Shown here in pieces: positions 1-7,192 of a stretch of DNA of 20,795 nucleotides; the first letter of the stretch is position 1, and each line of letters starts with the position of its first letter. Made by a program: the position numbers and the translations under genes. Below the pieces are notes generated by a model. The model was not told where the DNA came from. It searched no databases and was given only the letters and a program-made list of their open reading frames with translations. The DNA is from a candidate division WOR-3 bacterium (GTDB taxonomy: Bacteria > Hydrothermota > Tepidihabitantia > Tepidihabitantales > Tepidihabitantaceae): NCBI GenBank assembly GCA_965649225.1, contig CBFGJX010000023.1, positions 18,476-39,270 of the forward strand. Direction: 5' to 3'.

Positions 1-1353
1 GAAGTCATATGGCGCCGACGGTGGACTGATGCCAAATTCACGACTCGCGACAACCCGCCCGTTGAGCCTGATACTGAGCTGGTTGCCGCTCGTGCCGGAA
101 AGCAGCCGGCCACTGATACGCTCGATTACTATTGGATCGGGCAGTGCAAGCTCAGTTTCGAAAACCGCCTCGGGACGCCCCGGTGGTTTGTAAAGGAACG
201 ACCAGATCCACAGCAGGCCGGACCGCGCCGGACAGTCGTAGTCGCGTTCCCGATGCACAACCCAGGGCGCCTCGCGGATAACTCGGGCACCGGCGGTGTC
301 AGGTGCCAGCCCGGTCTTCATCCGCCGGCCAGGTCGGCCACCCCAGGTCAGCCAGACCCGAGCACTCGTCGTGTAGAGATTCTTGACATAACTGCTGCAG
401 TTCGCACGCCAGTAGTCAGCACCCCGGGCATAGAAGATTATCCGGTCCTCGCGGTCGAAACTGCCGTCGGATTCACCAGTGACGACAATCGGAATTTCTG
501 TCAGCGTATCGGCCTCGGGTTCGTTGGGCCGATGCTCGGCATTGCCATAAAGCGCAAAGGTACGCGGATCAACACCAAGGACCGGGACACCGGCACGGGC
601 AAGTTCCTCCCGGGTCAGGACATAAATCCCGGTGGATTCAAACGAAACCTTCAGCCAGCCTGAGCCTCGTTCCCAGAAGGTCCAACCAGCTGACTGACGA
701 ACGGAATCGATCGACCAGGCCCGGGCCAACTCACCATTCAACAGGCTGCGCGCAACTAAAGGTTCGTCTGCGCCACCAGCGGCGGTCTTGCCGACGAACT
801 GCACAGTGACGTCAAGCCGGCTCGCCGTTTCGAGGTCACCTGTGGGACAAAACCGGACGGGGTGCAGCACAACGGTCACGAAATCAACTCCGCGCAATCT
901 GCCACTATCGACCAAACTGGCCCATTGTTCATGCTGCAGCTTCGACGGCGAATCAGCTTGAACGGAACCGCCCTCATACAGCACCAGCGGCACGACCGTC
1001 GGAGTGATTCCGACTAGGCGATTGACCCCCGTCGCCCGACAAACCAGACGGGCAGAAGCATGCGGCGGCAGTCCCACCCGGACGGTGTACATCGGAAGGT
1101 CAAACTCTCCCGGCTGCGCGGCGTTATCGGCATTTTCAAAGCTGAGTCTTGTCGACCCGTCAGCCAGCGATTCGCTGATCATCCGGCCGGGACGATAGAC
1201 AAATCGCAGGCTGTCAGACGACGAATGCAGAACCGTAATCGGCTGTTGGAGTTGCGGGTCTGCTGTCAACGACGCCGCTTCGGCACGGCCAGCGGCCAGC
1301 AGGAGAACAATGAAAGGCAAAAACGACACCGACTGTATCAGTCTAGAACCCAT
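1..1353 (-). CDS. PorU-like C25 (gingipain family) cysteine peptidase / T9SS sortase, N-terminal part; runs off the left edge of the window
   Basis: Translated by hand; it is absent from the ORF track because there is no stop in the window. The frame is open from ATG 1353 (or GTG 1329) to base 1. Signal peptide FLPFIVLLLAAGRAEA is followed by a C25 propeptide-like region (PGEFDLPMYTVRVGLP, LRGVDFVTVVLHPVRF). PorU-like N-terminal motifs follow: WLKVSFESTGIYVLTREEL, DPRTFALYG, EIPIVVTGESDGSFDREDRIIFYARG, NLYTTSARVWLTWGGRPGRRM, HRERD...SGLLWIW. The catalytic domain is outside the window. Confidence 0.8.
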   Translation of the reverse strand, partial: MGSRLIQSVSFLPFIVLLLAAGRAEAASLTADPQLQQPITVLHSSSDSLRFVYRPGRMISESLADGSTRLSFENADNAAQPGEFDLPMYTVRVGLPPHASARLVCRATGVNRLVGITPTVVPLVLYEGGSVQADSPSKLQHEQWASLVDSGRLRGVDFVTVVLHPVRFCPTGDLETASRLDVTVQFVGKTAAGGADEPLVARSLLNGELARAWSIDSVRQSAGWTFWERGSGWLKVSFESTGIYVLTREELARAGVPVLGVDPRTFALYGNAEHRPNEPEADTLTEIPIVVTGESDGSFDREDRIIFYARGADYWRANCSSYVKNLYTTSARVWLTWGGRPGRRMKTGLAPDTAGARVIREAPWVVHRERDYDCPARSGLLWIWSFLYKPPGRPEAVFETELALPDPIVIERISGRLLSGTSGNQLSIRLNGRVVASREFGISPPSAPYDF

Positions 1354-1367
1354 GACGCCAGTGTCAA
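1340..1367 (-). promoter_or_regulatory. putative sigma70-like promoter for the PorU-like gene
   Basis: TTGACA (1367-1362) - 16 nt - TAGACT (1345-1340) - 10 nt - in-frame GTG at 1329. Confidence 0.5.
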
Positions 1368-1393
1368 ACTGATTGAGGTGTCGGCTCAGTGCA

Positions 1394-2617
1394 TCAGTGC
1401 AGACTGCGAAGAACCAGCTTGACCGGCAACGGGTCGGTTTGAGCCAGTGCCGCGATTGCCCGCACTGTTTCCCGGGAGCCGATTTCGTCGAAATCGGCCC
1501 GCCCGTCAGGACCGGAACGCGTGACAGCCAATACTGCCCCATCCAGCACCAGAGCAACCATCTGGGCGTCAACCAGCCCGTCGGTCGGCAGTATTACCCG
1601 AAGCACAGTTGAAACCGGCACTGGTTCCAGAACCGTCGTTTCCAGTGCACGATTGGCCGCAATTCGCCGCTCGAGAATCACCCGCCGGCTGGCATCCGAG
1701 CCGACCACGGCCGCCGCCTCCCTTTCAGCTGCCCGTTCAGGCTCCCGACAGGCCCAGACCTCGACCCAGCCACGACTGCTGAGCAGCTCAACGACGCTCC
1801 GCGTGCTCCTGACCGAACTCTCCACGATCAACTGTCTGCCGCTGGCTTTGATTCTGGTCTCCCAGCCCATTGCCTCAAGCCGCTGGCGAAGAATCCGGCG
1901 CAAACGACAACAGTCGAAGAAAAACCGCTTCGCTGCAAGGACCGCGGTCTGTTCTGCCACAAACGGCACATCTACCCGGAGTGGCTGATTGAAACCCCAG
2001 AAACGGAAACTGCATTCAATACTGCCGGTTGCATCGCGGGCAGAAACTGCCAGTGGCAACCCGGTCGCGGCGTCGAACTCGGCAGTTCCGGTTAGAGTCC
2101 TCAATCCCGCCGGGTCAAGCAACGGCAGTTCCGGCCTGAACCGAAACCGGACAAGCCGGGACGTCTGCTCTTCAAGCGCTGGGCTTGGGTCGCGCAGAAC
2201 CTGCCGCAGTTGTTCAACGATGCGGCTTTCGACTCCACGAACTTCAACCCGCCAGCTGTCACCATCGAACTGATACTGACGTTCACCGATTGCGACAAGC
2301 CGCACCGCTCGTCTGACACCACCCTGGATGAGCGAACCGTTCCAGTATTCGCGGTCCGGCGCCGCCCATCGCCCTGAGTATTGTGCCTTGATATCCAGAG
2401 GCAGACCGGCCTGGTAGCTGACGGCAAAACGGAATGACCGCTGCGCCCCTAGGCGCTTCCAGCAATCACGCCAGATGACTTCCGGCGCCGGTGGTGGGGT
2501 TTGGATAACTTTGTAGCGGGCCCCGCTGAAACAGCCGGCGGCAATCAAAATCGGCAGCGCTGAAACAATCCTAGAAATCAGTGCCGATACCGAAAATGAA
2601 CTTCCAACCTTTGTCAT
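1394..2617 (-). CDS. putative lipoprotein: LolA/LppX-like N-terminal domain plus SecD/SecF P1-like C-terminal domain
   Basis: 407-aa ORF with lipobox-like ILIAAG-C (Cys29). The N-half is beta-rich and ends FRFWGFNQPLRVDVP (LppX/LprAFG-like). The C-half has ILRQRLEAMG, RQLIVES, LLSSRGWVEV, VALVLDGAVL and IAALAQTDPLPVKL, resembling the SecD periplasmic P1 region. The start is uncertain, since ATG 2617 overlaps the upstream gene by 47 nt. Confidence 0.55.
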   Translation of the reverse strand: MTKVGSSFSVSALISRIVSALPILIAAGCFSGARYKVIQTPPPAPEVIWRDCWKRLGAQRSFRFAVSYQAGLPLDIKAQYSGRWAAPDREYWNGSLIQGGVRRAVRLVAIGERQYQFDGDSWRVEVRGVESRIVEQLRQVLRDPSPALEEQTSRLVRFRFRPELPLLDPAGLRTLTGTAEFDAATGLPLAVSARDATGSIECSFRFWGFNQPLRVDVPFVAEQTAVLAAKRFFFDCCRLRRILRQRLEAMGWETRIKASGRQLIVESSVRSTRSVVELLSSRGWVEVWACREPERAAEREAAAVVGSDASRRVILERRIAANRALETTVLEPVPVSTVLRVILPTDGLVDAQMVALVLDGAVLAVTRSGPDGRADFDEIGSRETVRAIAALAQTDPLPVKLVLRSLH

Positions 2618-5396
2618 CGGTAACCGACAGCGGCTTTGCCCAGTCCAGCTTCAACAGAAAATAGGAAATCTGCACCCTCAGCCCTGCGCCGACTCCAAGT
2701 TTGAGGGCATCAAACCCGCCCTGCTGGCTGTTCCAGAGCTTCAGGCTGTCACGCAGAACGATCCCGCCGTCAAGGAACCCGACCCCGCGAATACCGCCAA
2801 ACTCAAGCGGCAGAGGAAATGCGATTTTGACCCGGTCGATAAACGGAAAGCGCAGCTCCATCGACCCCAGCAGACCGGAGCGTCCGCGCTGCTCGTAGAA
2901 CTCCGCCCAATTGTAGCCGCGCACATTTTCACCTCCGATATAGACCTCGCCACCATCGGGCCCCCAGGAACTCACCGCCGCCAGCCGTGTCGCCAGCACC
3001 GACCGCCGACCGAGCCGCTGATAGTTCCGCGCATCAAGCGCCAGTTCAACAAAGTGACGGTCGGAAAGCAGCGTCAGGTCTGAACTCAGCCTTGCCCGCA
3101 CTCCCCGCGCCGGGCCGGTGGACGTCCAGTAGGTGTTATCAAACACCAACGCCGGTGACATAAATGACACGAATGCCCTGCCAGGAAGCTCGACCCAACC
3201 TCCCTGCTGCCGGCGGCCGTAAACCGTATCGCTCACGTAGCCACTGATGCCCAGCTCGGCACGGAAGAACTTGTTGAAGGGATATTGAGCCGCCACATTC
3301 AAACCGCGGTTGACCCGGACAATATACTCGCGCAATCCCACCACGTCGTAGCTGACGAACGGAACTTCCTGATACTGAAACGCGGCCACACCGTAATCAA
3401 CGCGCCAAGGCAACAACCAGTAGGCAACGTAGAAATTCGAGTTAATTACATCGCCATAGAGGTCGGTATAAATCTCAAACCGGTGATTGCCCAGCAGGTC
3501 ACTGAAAGCAAGCTGGAGCGTACCGGTCAGCCCCTCCGGTGCGCCCGGGCTGTAACTGGCAGCTCCGACAGCGTAATCCAACGACAGCGAGAACCGGACC
3601 GGCCGAACCCGACTGAAATCAAGTCCAGACTTGACAAACTCCCGACCGCTGTCGTCGGCGACAATCGGCACTGTGTCGCTTGGCAAAGCCTCGTTCGGGC
3701 TGCGGATCAGCGCTATATCCCAGCCGACATTGTTGAACAAGGAAAACGCCAGCGTTGCACCATCCCGCGATACGCTCAAACTGGACACGGCTCCGAGCAG
3801 CCGGGCACGGCGGACAACCCGCCGCTCAGCCAGCGAAAAGACCTCGATGGTGCTGAACGAGTCGGCCCGCGACCAGACCAGCAGGTCACCGAAGACTGCC
3901 GGGCGGGATACCTCAGCGTAGCGCGAAGTCAACCGGTCCAGCCGACCGTTGCCCGTGCGACACCATACCGCGTAGCTGCCGGGGACCCACTTCTCACCCG
4001 GGTCGGGCCGGTCCGACACAAAGAAAACCAAATCGCCCCCGGTTGAGAAAACCGGATCGCGGTCTTCATAGATATCGTAGGTGAGTCGAACCGGCTCGCC
4101 GCCACGGCTGCGAACAACATAGATGTCACTGAAGCTGTTCTTGACACCAACAAAAGCCAGTGACTCGCCGTTCGGGGCATAACTGGGCGTGTACACTGCA
4201 TCAAGACCGCCCCCGATTTTGCGCCTGACCCGCCCCGAGTTGGCGTCGACAATCGTGACATAATCGCGACCACGAACGGTGGCGGTGAAGGCAAGTTCCT
4301 GCTCATCCGGCGACCAGGCAACGCCGGGACGCAAAAGCGGCATGTTCTCAAGTCCGCCCGAACGCCCGCCGCGAACCAGCCTTCTGGCTGACGACCCGTC
4401 CAGAGTCGACATTACATAGATGTCAGCATACTCGGACCGGTCAGATACGAACGCCAGTCGGAGGCCACTCGGTGAGACGGCCGGCGCCGTATTGTAAACC
4501 GAGCCGTCACGAACATGATCGGTCAGCTTTTCGGCTCGTTCGTCGATAAACCCGGCCTGCGCTGCCTGCGACCAGTAGCGTTTCTTCAGACTGCGCTCCC
4601 ACTGGTTGCTTACCTGCTCGACGCCAGTACCGAAGACGGCCTGAAACGTCGCACCTAGGTTTCGCTTGCTTGCCAGCGTGGTCAGAAACTCAAAAACCTT
4701 GCGTCGGCCATAGCGCATATCGACATACCAGAAAAACGATTCGCCTTCCCGATAAAGCAGATAGCCCATGTCATCGCTGAGCTTGTGCAACGGTACCAGC
4801 CGGTCGGCTGTGACCAGATCACGCATGAACAGTTCAGAATTCACGGTGACCCAGCCGGAGGCGTATTCGGCAAAACCTTCAAGCACCCACAGCGGAACGC
4901 TGAACTGGTCCACCGCGCCCAAAAGTGAGGCAAGTCTCGACCGGAAGAACATGCGGAATTGGAAAATATGGGCCAGTTCATGGCCGATAACATGGTGCAG
5001 GTCGCGATACGAGCCGTTGTAGGGCACGACAATCCGGTTGCGCAGCAACTCGGAAAATCCCCCGACGCCTTCTTCAATTATGTCGAGTATGACGTTCGTC
5101 TCGGCGAACTGCCCGGGCGAAAGATACAACAGCAACGGGACCTTGGTATCGAGATCGAAGCCAAGTTCATTGGCAAGCTGACGGTAGTACTCTTCGGCAG
5201 ACCGGGCCGCGAACTCGGCTATCGCCTCGCCGCCCGGATAGAAAAGCACTCGAAAATGTTCGGTCTCGTAGCTCTGAAAACGGTACTCGCGGGTCTGGAC
5301 TTTGTTTTTCCCGTAGTAACTGAACTGTGCCGACGCGACTGACCCCAGAAGCAGCAGAAGCAGCAATGCCACCAGACGCGGCAGCGTCCTACTCAG
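2571..5396 (-). CDS. Omp85/BamA-TamA family outer-membrane protein with N-terminal zincin (peptidase MA-like) domain and TolB/PD40 (WD40-like) beta-propeller
   Basis: Signal peptide ...LLLLLLLGSVASA-QF. HELAH at 4968-4982 plus PLWVLEGFAEY. PD40 repeats (PAVSPSGLRLAFVSDR, WSPDEQELAF, PSYAPNGESLAFV, PVFSTGGDLVFFVSDR). Omp85 loop-6 VRGY at 2913-2924 and C-terminal FIFGIGTDF. The ORF is open to 5456; the preferred start is CTG 5396, with GTG 5372 as the alternative. Confidence 0.85.
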   Translation of the reverse strand: MSRTLPRLVALLLLLLLGSVASAQFSYYGKNKVQTREYRFQSYETEHFRVLFYPGGEAIAEFAARSAEEYYRQLANELGFDLDTKVPLLLYLSPGQFAETNVILDIIEEGVGGFSELLRNRIVVPYNGSYRDLHHVIGHELAHIFQFRMFFRSRLASLLGAVDQFSVPLWVLEGFAEYASGWVTVNSELFMRDLVTADRLVPLHKLSDDMGYLLYREGESFFWYVDMRYGRRKVFEFLTTLASKRNLGATFQAVFGTGVEQVSNQWERSLKKRYWSQAAQAGFIDERAEKLTDHVRDGSVYNTAPAVSPSGLRLAFVSDRSEYADIYVMSTLDGSSARRLVRGGRSGGLENMPLLRPGVAWSPDEQELAFTATVRGRDYVTIVDANSGRVRRKIGGGLDAVYTPSYAPNGESLAFVGVKNSFSDIYVVRSRGGEPVRLTYDIYEDRDPVFSTGGDLVFFVSDRPDPGEKWVPGSYAVWCRTGNGRLDRLTSRYAEVSRPAVFGDLLVWSRADSFSTIEVFSLAERRVVRRARLLGAVSSLSVSRDGATLAFSLFNNVGWDIALIRSPNEALPSDTVPIVADDSGREFVKSGLDFSRVRPVRFSLSLDYAVGAASYSPGAPEGLTGTLQLAFSDLLGNHRFEIYTDLYGDVINSNFYVAYWLLPWRVDYGVAAFQYQEVPFVSYDVVGLREYIVRVNRGLNVAAQYPFNKFFRAELGISGYVSDTVYGRRQQGGWVELPGRAFVSFMSPALVFDNTYWTSTGPARGVRARLSSDLTLLSDRHFVELALDARNYQRLGRRSVLATRLAAVSSWGPDGGEVYIGGENVRGYNWAEFYEQRGRSGLLGSMELRFPFIDRVKIAFPLPLEFGGIRGVGFLDGGIVLRDSLKLWNSQQGGFDALKLGVGAGLRVQISYFLLKLDWAKPLSVTDDKGWKFIFGIGTDF

Positions 5397-6331
5397 GTCG
5401 GTCGTTTTTTCTCCTCGGTGAAAAGAAATATCCGCTCCGCAATCTTGTAACCCCATGCCATCTCGGGTGCGGTATGGCCGTAGCAGAAGCCTCCCCTGGC
5501 ATCCATCCCGACCGCACCGCAGAGAACCTTGCGCCGCCGCGCTTCTGCCATTACCAGCGTCATGGCGACCGACGCCGGCAGCGTCGCCATCCGGTCAACA
5601 AGGTCCTTGGCCATCAGCCGACGGACAGTTTCCTCACTGTTACCGGAAAAGCACGCCGCACCACTTGGCGCCGCAAAAACACCACCACCGATGATTGCTG
5701 CGCCACCGACCCGGCCAGCCATCCTGCCGACAACCCCGCTCCCCGACACCGCTACTGCCAGGCCACCGTGCCGGTCCATCGCCACCGCACCCGCAGAGTC
5801 GCCGATACCAGGTTCAGTCGCTGCGCCATTACTGCCAGTAATACCCAGCCGTCGGCTCGCCTTCGGCAACAGACCTGAACCTTCCTGTAAGAACCGTTCA
5901 TAACGACGGCGCGCCCGCTCTGACGGCCCGGGATGAACCGCCAGCCCCAGCGTACGGGCAAAACTCTCAGCCCCGGTGCCGCAAAGCAGCAGATGGTCTG
6001 TTTCGGCGAAGACTGCCTGCGCCAGCAGTATCGGGTTCTTGACTGCACCAACCGCCCCGACTGCTCCAAATCGGCCGTCCTGTGCCATCAATGCCGCGTC
6101 GGTTTCAACCCAACCCTCGCCGGTCAGTTCCGCTCCCGTGCCGCAGGCAAAGACCCCGGCATCCTCCATCACGCGCACCGCAGCAACGACTGCCTCGACT
6201 GCGCTGGCACTGGCTTTGAGCAACCGGTAGCCCTCTTCCAGCGCCGCCCGCAGACTCTCTGCCGCCAGTGCCTTGTCCTCGACGGCACCGGCACCACCAT
6301 GACAGATCAGCCCGAATGTCGAATTCACCAC
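5393..6331 (-). CDS. isoaspartyl peptidase/L-asparaginase (asparaginase 2, Ntn-hydrolase) family protein with divergent active site
   Basis: Family motifs HGGAG, AVEAVVAAVRVMED, DAALM...GAVGAV..VKNPI, GAVAMD..G.LA and GRVG are present. The catalytic Thr is replaced by Ser (GDSAGAVA) and GRVGDS reads GRVGGA. Confidence 0.85.
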   Translation of the reverse strand: MVNSTFGLICHGGAGAVEDKALAAESLRAALEEGYRLLKASASAVEAVVAAVRVMEDAGVFACGTGAELTGEGWVETDAALMAQDGRFGAVGAVGAVKNPILLAQAVFAETDHLLLCGTGAESFARTLGLAVHPGPSERARRRYERFLQEGSGLLPKASRRLGITGSNGAATEPGIGDSAGAVAMDRHGGLAVAVSGSGVVGRMAGRVGGAAIIGGGVFAAPSGAACFSGNSEETVRRLMAKDLVDRMATLPASVAMTLVMAEARRRKVLCGAVGMDARGGFCYGHTAPEMAWGYKIAERIFLFTEEKKRPT

Positions 6332-6347
6332 CGCTCGTCGTCAGTAA

Positions 6348-7178
6348 TCATTTCTGACACTTCGGGCAATAATGCGTGCTCCGATTTCCAATCCGGTCTC
6401 GCCGGATGGTGGTACCACAGACAACGCAGGGCTGTCCGGCTCGACCAAAGACCCGCAGCCGCTTCTGAAACTCACCGGTCCCGCCATCGGGCTGAAGATA
6501 ACGCTGGTCAGGCATTGTCGTGCCGCACCACTTGACACCGTCAGCAATCACACGGCTCAGCGAACGGGCGAGCCGAACGATCTCCCCGCTTGTGAGTTTG
6601 CCAGCCGGACGCTGCGGGCGGATTCCCGCCCTGAACAACGCTTCGTCAGAATAGATATTCCCGACGCCGCAACAGACCTTCTGATCAAGCAAGAGACTCT
6701 TGACTGGTGCCCGCCGGCCAGCCAGACATTTCCCCAGATGATCTGCTCCCCAGCCTGCCGAACCCGGCTCCGGTCCCATTGCCATCAGCCCGGCCAGAAC
6801 CGGTGGATAGCTATCGGAACGCACGAGATAGGCCTTGCCCAGCACCCGGGGCTCGACAAACGCCAGTGCCCGGCCATCGTCCAGCTCCAGTCGCAAACGT
6901 TCATAGCGCGGTTTTTCAGACTTGGCAATCAGCTCGAGATGACCACTGAGCCGCATGTGAAGAATCAGTCGGTCGCCGCTGTCAAGTTCCAGCAGCAAGT
7001 ATTTGCCCCGCCGGTCCAAAGCAACGACCTGTCGTCCCACCAGACCGGCCCGAAACCGGACGGGTGCCGGATAACCGACGATGTCCGGACGCCGGATCAC
7101 AACACGTTCTATCCGCCGCCCAGTCAAATCCGACGCCAGCCGGCGCCGCATCGTCTCAACTTCGGGCAGCTCGGGCAA
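6348..7178 (-). CDS. mutM: formamidopyrimidine-DNA glycosylase (Fpg/MutM)
   Basis: N-terminal MPELPEVE, RRGKYL, HMRLSG, H2TH motif LLDQ...GVGNIYSDEALF, C-terminal zinc finger CVVC...CPKCQ. TTG start. Confidence 0.97.
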   Translation of the reverse strand: MPELPEVETMRRRLASDLTGRRIERVVIRRPDIVGYPAPVRFRAGLVGRQVVALDRRGKYLLLELDSGDRLILHMRLSGHLELIAKSEKPRYERLRLELDDGRALAFVEPRVLGKAYLVRSDSYPPVLAGLMAMGPEPGSAGWGADHLGKCLAGRRAPVKSLLLDQKVCCGVGNIYSDEALFRAGIRPQRPAGKLTSGEIVRLARSLSRVIADGVKWCGTTMPDQRYLQPDGGTGEFQKRLRVFGRAGQPCVVCGTTIRRDRIGNRSTHYCPKCQK

Positions 7179-7192
7179 TCCCTGGTCTCCGG

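Noticed and set aside
253..1422. Plus-strand ORFs 253-663, 1004-1198 and 1060-1422
   Set aside because: They are antisense to the PorU-like minus-strand gene and have no recognisable motifs.
5397..5456. ATG 5456 start for the Omp85 gene
   Set aside because: It would overlap the upstream gene by 64 nt and put a non-signal-like segment ahead of the signal peptide.
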